Below are positions 1-9,017 of a stretch of 64,000 nucleotides of DNA, one piece after another (position 1 is the stretch's first letter; every line of letters begins with the position of its first letter). The notes below the pieces were generated by a model, which searched no databases, was not told the DNA's origin, and worked only from the letters and a program-made list of their open reading frames with translations. This DNA is from an uncultured bacterium (GTDB taxonomy: Bacteria; Verrucomicrobiota; Kiritimatiellia; RFP12; UBA1067): contig CACYQU010000005.1 of NCBI GenBank assembly GCA_902776615.1, forward strand, positions 1,408-65,407, read 5' to 3'. Made by a program: the position numbers and the translations under genes.

Positions 1-1
1 G

Positions 2-370
2 ATTCTGCAGTCGCTCGTGATCGTGCGCGACACGACAGGCAACCGCGTGGTGTCGAAGGCCCTTCAGGAAGTGCACGACGCCGTAAAGGAAGGCGAGGGC
101 ATGACCCAGCCCCTGTCGCAGTGCCCGGTGTTCCCGCCGATGGTCGTGTCGATGGTCGAGGTCGGCGAAGAGACCGGCGCGCTGGCCGACATGCTTACGC
201 GAATCGCCAACACCTACGACGACGAGGTCGATAACGCCGTCGCGGGCATGACCGCCGCCATCGAGCCTGCGCTGATCATCGTGCTCGCCGTGGTGGTCGG
301 CACTATCGTCATCGCAATGTTCCTGCCTATGATCAAGATCATCTCGTCCGTGTCGGGAGGTGCGGCCTAA
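2..370 (+). CDS. gspF: Type II secretion / type IV pilus platform protein (GspF/PilC family), C-terminal fragment; the gene starts upstream of the window
   Basis: The frame is open from the window edge. The sequence ...MVEVGEETGALADMLTRIANTYDDEV...IIVLAVVVGTIVIAMFLPMIKII matches the conserved C-terminal T2SSF repeat plus last TM helix. Pseudopilin genes follow directly. Confidence 0.85.
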   Translation: MLQSLVIVRDTTGNRVVSKALQEVHDAVKEGEGMTQPLSQCPVFPPMVVSMVEVGEETGALADMLTRIANTYDDEVDNAVAGMTAAIEPALIIVLAVVVGTIVIAMFLPMIKIISSVSGGAA

Positions 371-1555
371 GTGAAAAAGGGCTTTACGCTTGTCGAACTG
401 CTCATCGTGGTCGTCATACTCGTGACGCTCATGTCGATGGTGTTCCGCCTCAGCTCCATAGGCGGCGACTCGTCGCGCCGCAATATCACGATAAGCAGGC
501 TGCAGCGCGTCGAAAACTGCCTTTCGGGGTATTACGCTGCGTTCGGAACGTATCCGCCCGTGAAGGTCCACGGAACGCGCAACATCTACGCCCGGGCGAA
601 CGACCACGGCATACAGAGCAAAACCGAAGAGAACAAGAATCTGTGGAACTGGTCCAACATCGGCGAGCGCGCGGAGCTGGAGGCGTGGCGGCAGGTGAAG
701 GCCGCGTGCCGCGCCCAGCCGGTCGACGCGTGCTTCCCGTTCCCCGACAAGTACTCGTCGCACGTGAAGTCGATAAGCGACATGCTGCGCGAAAAGGCCA
801 ACTCGGGCGACGACAGATACAAGGAGTATTGGTCCGACCCGAACAGAAAGGCGACTCTTTCCGCCGGCTTCGACGATGCTTCCGGGTCGAACATAGGCCG
901 CTTCAATTCCTATAAAGGCGATACGGACTGGGCCGACGTCCAGCTTTTCAAGTTCGGCCTCATGAGCTACCTGCTGCCGCGCTATCTCGTGATGATCAAC
1001 GGCGACGAGTCGTTCCTCCAATACAGCCAGTGGACTGAAAACAACACCCTGCCCCGCGACCCTCTCGACGACCAGCCGCTTACGTGGGAGAGAATCCGCC
1101 GCTATCAGCAGAACGACGATGCGACGGATCAGGCGCATGTAAAGTACATTCCCTCCCAGGCGGTCACGGCGCGCTGGCTGCCCAATCTGGAAGGGATCGT
1201 TTCTGGCGAGCACAAGTGGGATCTCTACGGCATCGTCGTTTCCTCCGACAGCAAGTGGGATAAAACCGTCCGCTCCGACAATCCCGATATCGACGTCTAC
1301 GAGCCCGGCGATTTCGACAGCAATTCCCACAGCCAGCAGTATGTTCTAGACTGCGTTACCATAAAGGACGGCTGGCGGCGCGACATATACTATTATTCCC
1401 CCGCGCCGTACCAGAGCTACGTTCTGTGGTCGGGCGGGCCGAACGGGCGCACTTTCCCGCCGTGGGTTCCTCTCGACTCCAGCGATCTGAGCGCGACCGC
1501 GCGGCAGTGCATCGGCAAGTGGGTCGTAGACGACATAATCCAAATGAGCAACTGA
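371..1555 (+). CDS. Large atypical pseudopilin (394 aa) with a prepilin-type N-terminal cleavage/methylation signal
   Basis: A GTG start abuts the gspF stop. The N-terminus MKKGFTLVELLIVVVILVTLM has the G|FTLxE class-III signal plus a hydrophobic helix. Confidence 0.8.
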   Translation: MKKGFTLVELLIVVVILVTLMSMVFRLSSIGGDSSRRNITISRLQRVENCLSGYYAAFGTYPPVKVHGTRNIYARANDHGIQSKTEENKNLWNWSNIGERAELEAWRQVKAACRAQPVDACFPFPDKYSSHVKSISDMLREKANSGDDRYKEYWSDPNRKATLSAGFDDASGSNIGRFNSYKGDTDWADVQLFKFGLMSYLLPRYLVMINGDESFLQYSQWTENNTLPRDPLDDQPLTWERIRRYQQNDDATDQAHVKYIPSQAVTARWLPNLEGIVSGEHKWDLYGIVVSSDSKWDKTVRSDNPDIDVYEPGDFDSNSHSQQYVLDCVTIKDGWRRDIYYYSPAPYQSYVLWSGGPNGRTFPPWVPLDSSDLSATARQCIGKWVVDDIIQMSN

Positions 1556-1556
1556 C

Positions 1557-2186
1557 ATGAATACACACAAGGCGAAAAACGGTTTCACCCTCATCGAGAT
1601 GCTGATAGTGATCGGCATCATAACGGTTCTCGTGGGCGCGTCGATATCGGCGTTCTCGAAGATGCGCTCGTCAGCCGACCGTTCGCGCGCGCAGGAGCTT
1701 GTCCACAACACGGCGGTCGCCCTCACGGCGATCTTCCAGCAGGAGGGCTCGTGGCCGAAACGCCTCGCCGCGAACGGCGCGAGCGACGGCATTCTCGATG
1801 CGTATACGGCGCTGCCTCTCGCGAAAGGCGGCTACATGTCGCTTACCATGAACAGCGACAAGTCCGCGCTCGGCGGGCTCGACAAACTGGGGATAGTCGA
1901 TCCTTGGGCCGCCGCCGTGATCAAGACGAAAGGGGATTCCGCGTCGCTTTCCGACATGGTCAACACGCCGCGGACAATACAGGACCACATCCTCCACTAT
2001 GCGCTCGATCTCGACGGCGACGGAATCGTCGACAATGCGTCCGTGGGCGGCGAAACGGTGAGCGTCAGGGCGTCGGCGATCGTATGGTGCGCCGGAAAGG
2101 ACGGCAAGATGGAGCCGTACACCAGCGGACTCAAGAAAGACGACATCTACAGCTGGACGCCCGGGCAGGCGAGAAAGGCCAAGTGA
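1557..2186 (+). CDS. Pseudopilin-like protein with a prepilin-type N-terminal signal (209 aa)
   Basis: The N-terminus is ...KAKNGFTLIEMLIVIGIITVLVGA. There is a 1-nt gap to the upstream gene. Confidence 0.8.
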   Translation: MNTHKAKNGFTLIEMLIVIGIITVLVGASISAFSKMRSSADRSRAQELVHNTAVALTAIFQQEGSWPKRLAANGASDGILDAYTALPLAKGGYMSLTMNSDKSALGGLDKLGIVDPWAAAVIKTKGDSASLSDMVNTPRTIQDHILHYALDLDGDGIVDNASVGGETVSVRASAIVWCAGKDGKMEPYTSGLKKDDIYSWTPGQARKAK

Positions 2187-2189
2187 CAC

Positions 2190-2744
2190 ATGCGCCGCAA
2201 AGGTTTCACTATCGTCGAATTGCTGATGGTCGTCGGCATCCTTTCGGTGCTGATGACGATCGTAACGACCGCCGCCGCAGGTGCGCTGAAGCAGTCGCGC
2301 GAGCGGCGCGCGGACGCGCTTGTCGCCATGGTGCAGGCCGGAATCGCGACTTATTACGCGCAAAACGACGAATGGCCCGATTTCGACGGCGAAGGCAAAA
2401 CGGGCAACTACAAGCTCGGCGGCGACGAGATCGATCCCGACCGGTATGAACTCACCGACACAGAGTGCGACAATGTCGTTCGCGAGCTCATCCGCAAGTC
2501 CGTCTCGCAGGGCGCGAATCCGCTTCTGGATGTCACCGGGCTTTTCGTCGCGAGGCAGGGCGCCGTTACGTCGAAGACCCACGGTATGGATTTCATGCAG
2601 GCCCTCAAGGGAACGAAGCGGTCGCCCGAAAAGATGAAGATCGCCCAGATGATGTTCGGCTACCCCAACCAGGCCGACGGCAGGTTCAAGCGGTTTAAGA
2701 TGATCTACTCAATTCCAACTGACCAGTTAACGGTGTCAAAGTGA
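2190..2744 (+). CDS. Pseudopilin-like protein with a prepilin-type N-terminal signal (184 aa)
   Basis: The N-terminus is MRRKGFTIVELLMVVGILSVLM. The gene is tightly packed in the operon. Confidence 0.8.
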   Translation: MRRKGFTIVELLMVVGILSVLMTIVTTAAAGALKQSRERRADALVAMVQAGIATYYAQNDEWPDFDGEGKTGNYKLGGDEIDPDRYELTDTECDNVVRELIRKSVSQGANPLLDVTGLFVARQGAVTSKTHGMDFMQALKGTKRSPEKMKIAQMMFGYPNQADGRFKRFKMIYSIPTDQLTVSK

Positions 2745-3607
2745 TGTCTCGCAAAGGATTTTCTCTATTGGAGCTGCTCGTGGTCGTAGGTATCATGGGC
2801 TTCCTCGGCACGATATCGATCGGCGCCTACAGGTCGGTCGTGCGTGGAATGGAAGAGCGCGGCGCGGTTCAGAACGCCAACCAGTTCATGCATGCCGCGT
2901 TCCAGCGCGCGATGATCGACAGGCAGCCGACCGCCGTGTACTACTGGAACGAGACGTTGCGTTCCAGTACTGCCGACGACAACGAAATCGTCGTCGGCAA
3001 GGCCGTCGCCGTGCGGCGCGGCGGGCGGCTGAGCGGCGTAGACGGCAAATACCTGTATGACGAGTTCGCCGATCTCAATCTTACCTATTCGACCAACTCC
3101 AGCGGGTCGGCCAAAAGCTCGGCCATGTACCTTTACAAGCTCGACAACGTTCAGGAAGGGCTCAAGCGCAGCCGCGTGCGCGATACCGTAGTGCGCGAGA
3201 GCTTTTCGGAGATTTTCCTGCTCGACCCCACGGACGGCCAAGCCGAGCAGACGGTAAACCTGCCGCCCCCGTCCGGCGCCGCCGAGATCACGGTGTACGG
3301 TTTCGAGATCATGGACGGAGGAAACGCCAGCTGGTCCACGGGCGATGCATACGGCTTCGAGTTCCAGTCGCTTGAGCTGCCGCACAATTACATATTCGGC
3401 TCGGCGTACTCGACCGACATATCAAACCCTGTGCGCGGCGAAGGCTCGGTGGTGTTCGGCGGCGGCGCCGGCGGTTACGAAAAGCTGTCGGGCAATATGT
3501 CCGGCAGCGGCACGATCGACATCTACGCCCTGAGGCCGGATTCCTCCGGCAGCCTCAAGCCGACCAAGGTCGGTACGACAAGAAATCCGACGGAGGAGGG
3601 TATCTGA
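2741..3607 (+). CDS. Pseudopilin-like protein with a prepilin-type N-terminal signal (288 aa)
   Basis: The N-terminus is MMSRKGFSLLELLVVVGIMGFLG. The start is ambiguous between GTG 2741 and ATG 2744; both overlap the upstream stop. Confidence 0.8.
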   Translation: MMSRKGFSLLELLVVVGIMGFLGTISIGAYRSVVRGMEERGAVQNANQFMHAAFQRAMIDRQPTAVYYWNETLRSSTADDNEIVVGKAVAVRRGGRLSGVDGKYLYDEFADLNLTYSTNSSGSAKSSAMYLYKLDNVQEGLKRSRVRDTVVRESFSEIFLLDPTDGQAEQTVNLPPPSGAAEITVYGFEIMDGGNASWSTGDAYGFEFQSLELPHNYIFGSAYSTDISNPVRGEGSVVFGGGAGGYEKLSGNMSGSGTIDIYALRPDSSGSLKPTKVGTTRNPTEEGI

Positions 3608-3608
3608 G

Positions 3609-4148
3609 ATGAGACGCGCATTTACGCTTATTGAGGTAAACCTGGCCATACTGATCATGGCCGGCGGAATTCTTGCAATGGTTTCGCTCTTCTCCTTCGG
3701 CTACCGCGAGAACAGCCAGAGCCGCGAGGATGTCGCCGGGGCGGCCATGGCCGACGCGGTGGTAAGCCCGCTGATGATGGCCTGCAGCGCGACAAACCTG
3801 AAATGGAGCGTTTTCAAGCAGGGTTTCAAGTTCCCGGCAAACGGCTGGGCGGATTACATGAACGGCTCGTCGGGGCTTGTCACCTCCGACCCGGAGGGCA
3901 AGGCCGAGAGCGCTTTCAGCAGCGCGATGTCGAAGATGAGCGGCGCGGCCGAGGGACCGTTTGACGTAAAGACCGGCTTTCCTTCCGATGCTCTCAGCAA
4001 GGGAATGCGCTGCGGGCTTGTCGTGATACACGAGGAGGATTCTCCCGTCGTGAAGATCGCCTTTCGCGCGACGCACAAGCCGGGCATGCTCATGTCGATG
4101 CCGATCTACTACACTGAAGCGAGATTCCAGGGAGACCCCAACAAATGA
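3609..4148 (+). CDS. Pseudopilin-like protein with a prepilin-type N-terminal signal (179 aa)
   Basis: The N-terminus is MRRAFTLIEVNLAILIMAGG, with Glu at +5. Confidence 0.75.
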   Translation: MRRAFTLIEVNLAILIMAGGILAMVSLFSFGYRENSQSREDVAGAAMADAVVSPLMMACSATNLKWSVFKQGFKFPANGWADYMNGSSGLVTSDPEGKAESAFSSAMSKMSGAAEGPFDVKTGFPSDALSKGMRCGLVVIHEEDSPVVKIAFRATHKPGMLMSMPIYYTEARFQGDPNK

Positions 4149-4618
4149 GAAGAGGCTTCACGATACTTGAGCTTCTCGTGGCGAGCCTTCTTCTGGGAAT
4201 GCTCGTGACGATACTCACGATGATATTCAACCAGTCGTCCATCGCCTGGCGAACCGGCATGGCCGGTGTCGCCGATCTGGACCAGGTTCGCGACAACATA
4301 GCCGAGATACGCGAAGAGGCCGACAACATATTCGTATACGGGCAGTCGGCCTACCGCCTCACGGGGCTGTGGGACAAGAGCGGCAATCTGCGCAAGCGGG
4401 CCTGCTCGTACGGAGACTCGCATGCCGAGGATGAAATCGTGCTTTTGAAAAGCGTGAACGGGTCTATGCGCGGCAACCAGATCGGCACCGTTTCCGTGGG
4501 GTCTGGAAATGGTGGCCGCAATGTAAAGACATACACCGTCGGCGTGACTTCGTGGGGGCCTGACGGGAAGGAAAACACCTACGACGACATAACAACATGG
4601 CCGGACGAGATAGAATGA
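4145..4618 (+). CDS. Pseudopilin-like protein with a prepilin-type N-terminal signal (157 aa)
   Basis: The N-terminus is MRRGFTILELLVASLLLGML. An ATGA overlap links it to the upstream gene. Confidence 0.75.
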   Translation: MRRGFTILELLVASLLLGMLVTILTMIFNQSSIAWRTGMAGVADLDQVRDNIAEIREEADNIFVYGQSAYRLTGLWDKSGNLRKRACSYGDSHAEDEIVLLKSVNGSMRGNQIGTVSVGSGNGGRNVKTYTVGVTSWGPDGKENTYDDITTWPDEIE

Positions 4619-5082
4619 TGAAAAAGGCATTTACACTTGTTGAGCTGCTGGTCGTGATTGCAATGATCGCGATACTGACCGGCGCCGTCGGAACATCTGT
4701 TTCCGGCGCGCGGGCACGCGCCCGCGAGATGAAGGCGACCGCCGAGGTGAAGGAGATGACGAACGCGATTCTCGCATACGAGAACTACGCGCGCGCCGGG
4801 GGCTATGGTCTCGAGACGATGGACGCCGACGCCACCATAAGCACGGTCGGCTTCATACTCGGGAAGGGCGAGACTTCCGATTCGGGCGAGAAGATACCGG
4901 TGCTTTACAACGGCGCGGTCGGCGCGGACGGCACTTTGCGGGATCCATGGGGCAAACCTTACAGGGTGAGGATTGTCGAGGGCACAGTTCCTTCAGTCTC
5001 GTCCACCGCCGCCAGTTCGATGGCGACCGGCTATATGATGCCTAACTTCTACAGACTTTCGATAGGGGAGCGCAACAGATGA
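4615..5082 (+). CDS. GspG-like (major-type) pseudopilin paralogue
   Basis: ATG 4615 overlaps the upstream TGA. The N-terminus is MMKKAFTLVELLVVIAMIAILTG and the C-terminal DPWGKPYRV matches the GspG DPWGxxY signature. The longer ORF-track start at 4597 is unnecessary. Confidence 0.75.
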   Translation: MMKKAFTLVELLVVIAMIAILTGAVGTSVSGARARAREMKATAEVKEMTNAILAYENYARAGGYGLETMDADATISTVGFILGKGETSDSGEKIPVLYNGAVGADGTLRDPWGKPYRVRIVEGTVPSVSSTAASSMATGYMMPNFYRLSIGERNR

Positions 5083-8000
5083 AATCGACACGTTCCAGAC
5101 GGGGAAGCGCGCTTCTCATAGTGCTCGGCATGCTTGCGTTCATCGTCGTGTCGGCCGTGGCGTTTGCGGCCTATATGCGTGCATCGCGCCTGCCCTCAAG
5201 CTATCTAAGGCGAACCGCCGCCGCGAGAATGCTCGCCAAGGCCGCGATATCGCAGGCGATAGAGCAGATCGACACCGCAATCGCCAACAATCCTTATCCA
5301 GACCAGCGCACGGGAACGCAGCTGCCTTCTCAGAAGCGCGTCGAGAATCTGAACGAAACAGGCGGCGAGTGCCGCAACTACTGGTGGCACAACATCTTCA
5401 TCGGCGACGATACCTGGATGCGCCCGGAGGACACGGTCTCAACGCTTACGCTCGAGGGCCTCGCCTACATTCCGCCGCCGCTCGTGAACGAGGCGCGCCG
5501 CTATTCGCGCATGTCAAAGGCCGCGACCTGGCACACGATGGGTTTCGATTCGGGGCGGTATGCGTTCTGCGCGATTGACGTGTCGGACTGCCTGGACATC
5601 AACCGCCTCGTTGCTGATGGTCGCCGCAATTCTGGCGCGCGCCGCATAACGCTCGCCCACCTGTTCGAGAATGACACGCACACGTCGTATGCACAACAGC
5701 CGTCCGGCTGGGAAACGTTCATGAGCGACTACCGCGCCAAACTCGCCGACGATCAGGAATCTTCCCAGCCGAGGTTCACGCAGGCGAAGCTGCCGCTCGT
5801 GTCGCTTGCCGACTGGAACCTCGCCGCGTACGCGAAATCGGCAGGTGGAGTGGAAAGCCCGTTCTGCAAGTTCATCGAAGGCTCTGGTACGGAATTCTAC
5901 AAGGGCGTAGGTTCTCCTACCGGTGCTGAAGCAGACAAAGTGCGTGCCATGCATTTCGTTACCGACAGTTACTTCCCGCCGGTGGAGCTTCAAAGCGACG
6001 AGTGCGACCTTTGCTCTTACGAAGGCCAGCCTTTCGATTCGTTTAGCGACAATATACCGCTGTTTAGGATTCTCGCAATGGGCGAAACCGGTTCGCGCGG
6101 CATGCAGCTGATAAACAAGAAGGTTTCAAAGATGGATCTAATAAACCTCTACGACTACCTCGACGGCAACGACGTGCCAGTTTCTCTCGCCGTGCCCACG
6201 ACAGAGCGTGTTCCAATGATTTGCGCAGTAAAGCCCGGCTTGGTATCGTCTTTCGCGCTCAACGGCAACCCGCTTGTTTCCGAAGACAAGAACGCGCAGA
6301 CGAAGACCAACACACAGATTTACGAATACAAGTTGAACGGTGCTGAACTCCTTAAGATGGGAATGATCGAGACATGGGCCGCCTTTCCATTCCGTCGCGA
6401 CGAGGCCTCGAATGACAACTTCACTTATGAGGGAAGCCTTAGGCTCTTTCTGGCACCATCTGGTGTTCCGCTAAGATGCGGAAGCGGCAGTCAATTTAAT
6501 AGATTGCGTCCTGCCGACGATGCCGACTGGCAGAAAGACAGGCAGTATGAAAATGGCGTGTTCAAGGTGAAGCTTGCCGCGCAGGGCCAGCCGATATTCA
6601 CCAATATCCAAAAAGAGGAAGACGCCGTAAAGAAGTTGAACTTTCCAGTGCAGCTGGGAAGTCTCGCCAACGCATTTTCAGACCCCGTGTTTCGTCTAAA
6701 AGTTAGCTACCCGTACGATCCGAAGACGGGTGTTACCGATACCACCCAGCCTACATATCTGGAGGCTCATTGCTCCTATCCCCCGCTTACGATTGACGGC
6801 GAGATAAACGACGCGTACGCGAACGACGCCAAGTTCCTTCAGATGATGAAGGATGGTGGCGGCGAACAGCTTACGCTATATGCGGCTGTCTACATACGGG
6901 TGAAGAACAGTGAAGGCAAGACGGTTGATATGGTGCCAGCAGGATATAAAGATGATTTGTTGAACGGAGTTAATAATGAGCAGCCACGACCGGATATCCC
7001 TATCTCGATATGCGGTCAACCTGTTCCGATTTTGCGCTTTACAGGGTCGCAACAGATTACATACAGCCCGAGGGGGTTTGATTCCCTGCCAACGGGTCAG
7101 CAGACATTTACTCCGAGCTGTGTGATGTGCCCCGACCCGCGATTCAACCATGCTCCCGAGAACTGGATGGAGAAAAATGTCGCGTCCGAGGCCGACTGGA
7201 TAAGGGAGTGCGGCGCGGCAGGTCGTGATGGCGATATCTTCATGTTCGTATCCAATCAAGAGTATCTGCAATCTATTTACGAACTGTCGTTCCTCCCCAA
7301 CTTCAGTGAGTTGAACCGCTCTGGCGACATGATGCGGGGCAATTGTCATACGCCGGCTGGAAACAGTACGGCGTATCCGCAGAGTATTGCGGATTGTGCC
7401 AACGGAAACCTCATGTGGAATACATATCGCTGCTATCCAAACCAAAACGGCGGTCGGCACGACTTCGAGAGTATCGGGCTTGTAGTGAACGATGGTGCGT
7501 TTCGCGTCAATCCCTTTGCACAGTCCGTGGACGCTCTTATGCCGGCTTTCGCCAACACGCCGTACGACTGGTGGGCTGCCTCCACAAACAATCCCGATAT
7601 AACCGTAAGCGACTGCGATTCTGCAAAGACATTCAACTCTAAGTATGCTTTCAGCCAGATGAACAACAAGGCAAAGTTCGCCTGGGAAGATTTGCGGAAT
7701 ATAGCGAAGTATTTCCGCGAAGAGGTTCGCAACAGTGAGGGCAATTGGGAAGATGCCTTCGACAAGCTAAAGTGGGATGGCGACAGCGACCACTTCGGGT
7801 CTGAAACCGAACTGAGCAGCGATACGGACGAGCTTTACGGTGTGGATCGCAAGTTCCTTTACGGTTTCTGGCATGATTCGTTCGCGAACCGCCAGCAGCT
7901 GTTTTTGGTGTTCGTTCGCGCCGAGCCCATGATGATGGGCGGCGGTGGCGTCGGGCAGACGCCGCCCTCGCTTGGCGCGCGCGCCGTCGCGCTCGTCTGG

Positions 8001-8090
8001 CGCGATCCGGCGGCTCCAGAGCCGCAAGGCGGCAATAGCCTGGATACGCCGCACCGTACGCGAATTCTCTTTTACAGGCAGTTCGACTGA
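5079..8090 (+). CDS. Giant GspK-like minor pseudopilin (1003 aa)
   Basis: The N-terminus MKSTRSRRGSALLIVLGMLAFIVVSAVAF resembles the GspK leader (RGxALlxVL with no Glu at +5). It occupies the last position of the pseudopilin run and is about three times normal GspK length. Confidence 0.6.
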   Translation: MKSTRSRRGSALLIVLGMLAFIVVSAVAFAAYMRASRLPSSYLRRTAAARMLAKAAISQAIEQIDTAIANNPYPDQRTGTQLPSQKRVENLNETGGECRNYWWHNIFIGDDTWMRPEDTVSTLTLEGLAYIPPPLVNEARRYSRMSKAATWHTMGFDSGRYAFCAIDVSDCLDINRLVADGRRNSGARRITLAHLFENDTHTSYAQQPSGWETFMSDYRAKLADDQESSQPRFTQAKLPLVSLADWNLAAYAKSAGGVESPFCKFIEGSGTEFYKGVGSPTGAEADKVRAMHFVTDSYFPPVELQSDECDLCSYEGQPFDSFSDNIPLFRILAMGETGSRGMQLINKKVSKMDLINLYDYLDGNDVPVSLAVPTTERVPMICAVKPGLVSSFALNGNPLVSEDKNAQTKTNTQIYEYKLNGAELLKMGMIETWAAFPFRRDEASNDNFTYEGSLRLFLAPSGVPLRCGSGSQFNRLRPADDADWQKDRQYENGVFKVKLAAQGQPIFTNIQKEEDAVKKLNFPVQLGSLANAFSDPVFRLKVSYPYDPKTGVTDTTQPTYLEAHCSYPPLTIDGEINDAYANDAKFLQMMKDGGGEQLTLYAAVYIRVKNSEGKTVDMVPAGYKDDLLNGVNNEQPRPDIPISICGQPVPILRFTGSQQITYSPRGFDSLPTGQQTFTPSCVMCPDPRFNHAPENWMEKNVASEADWIRECGAAGRDGDIFMFVSNQEYLQSIYELSFLPNFSELNRSGDMMRGNCHTPAGNSTAYPQSIADCANGNLMWNTYRCYPNQNGGRHDFESIGLVVNDGAFRVNPFAQSVDALMPAFANTPYDWWAASTNNPDITVSDCDSAKTFNSKYAFSQMNNKAKFAWEDLRNIAKYFREEVRNSEGNWEDAFDKLKWDGDSDHFGSETELSSDTDELYGVDRKFLYGFWHDSFANRQQLFLVFVRAEPMMMGGGGVGQTPPSLGARAVALVWRDPAAPEPQGGNSLDTPHRTRILFYRQFD

Positions 8091-8111
8091 TAATCGGAGG
8101 GATTGCAGACA

Positions 8112-9017
8112 ATGGTCAAATCATATGCGGGAAAAGGCTTCACCCTTGTGGAGCTGCTGGTGGTAATCGCCATCATTGGAATACTCACCGGTGTTCTTTT
8201 GAGCACTTTCGGCGGCGCGACGGAGTCCGCGCGCTCGGCGAAGTGTCTTTCGAACATGCGCAACCTGGCGGCCGCCTGCCAGAATTACGGCATGTCGGCG
8301 GGGCACTATCCGCTGGCCGCGTCGCTCGAATACTCCGAGCTGGACGAGTCGCAGGGCATTCGCCGTGTAAAGGAGCTCTTCCACGAACGCAAAGGTTGGG
8401 TTTCGTGGGCGTCGGAGGGTGCATACAACGGCGCGGTTACGAGTTCGAAGGCAAGCAAGGGCTGGTTCAAGTCGGCATACGAAGACGACGATCGCGTGGT
8501 GAAGCACTGTCTGACCAATGGCGCGATATGGAAGTACGTCTCGGCCAACGCAGCCGTGTATACGTGCCCGGCGCATATCAAAAAAGCCAAGCGAAACGTG
8601 AACTGGAGCTATGCCATGAACGCGTACTTCAGAGGCGATGTCACAATGTCATGCAAGGCGTTCGACAGCACTGACGCAGGCGTCGAATACGGGCGGCTCG
8701 CCCGCGCTGACAGGCGGCTGCTCTTTGCGGAGCTGCCTTTCGCCGACGAACTGGACGAAACGCTTGAGGCGAGCGATCCCATTCTGCAGTACAAGGGACT
8801 TACCGGCTACGGCGGTACGCCCGACAGGCTGCACTTCAATCACATAATGGGCAAGCGGCGTTGTGCGCATGTTGCGTATGCTGATGGCCATGTCGACAGG
8901 CTTATCATGCCCACGGCCGGCATATCCGACGGAGAAAGCACCGAACTGCTCCAGTGGCTCTGCGAAGGCAAGGACATAAGCTTCGGCGGCTCAGAGTATA
9001 GAAAGATGGACGACTAA
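8112..9017 (+). CDS. DUF1559-type prepilin-leader protein
   Basis: The N-terminus is ...GKGFTLVELLVVIAIIGILTG. This is followed by ARSAKCLSNMRNLAAACQNYGMSAGHYPLA and a C-terminal ...AHVAYADGHVD motif, as in DUF1559 proteins. ATG 8112 lies 11 nt after GGAGG; TTG 8103 is too close to the SD. Confidence 0.75.
   Translation: MVKSYAGKGFTLVELLVVIAIIGILTGVLLSTFGGATESARSAKCLSNMRNLAAACQNYGMSAGHYPLAASLEYSELDESQGIRRVKELFHERKGWVSWASEGAYNGAVTSSKASKGWFKSAYEDDDRVVKHCLTNGAIWKYVSANAAVYTCPAHIKKAKRNVNWSYAMNAYFRGDVTMSCKAFDSTDAGVEYGRLARADRRLLFAELPFADELDETLEASDPILQYKGLTGYGGTPDRLHFNHIMGKRRCAHVAYADGHVDRLIMPTAGISDGESTELLQWLCEGKDISFGGSEYRKMDD

Noticed and set aside
1671-2582. A long antisense ORF (303 aa) opposite the pseudopilin genes. 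Many similar ORFs occur, for example 10539-11822(-), 16828-18822(-), 34047-35768(-), 39236-41449(+), 41120-42652(-), 46997-48670(-) and 56342-58327(-).
   Set aside because: These are typical shadow ORFs of GC-rich DNA. Their translations are Arg/Ala/Gly/Pro-rich and low-complexity with no motifs. Each fully overlaps a gene with strong family signatures in another frame or strand.
8103-8111. A TTG start for the DUF1559 gene.
   Set aside because: It lies only 2 nt after the GGAGG SD, whereas ATG 8112 has proper spacing.
8780-9017. An exact H-X9-DG motif in the DUF1559-type protein.
   Set aside because: The C-terminal ...NHIMGKRRCAHVAYADGHV does not give exact H-X9-DG spacing. I therefore call only DUF1559-like, based on the N-terminal region and the ADGHV ending.
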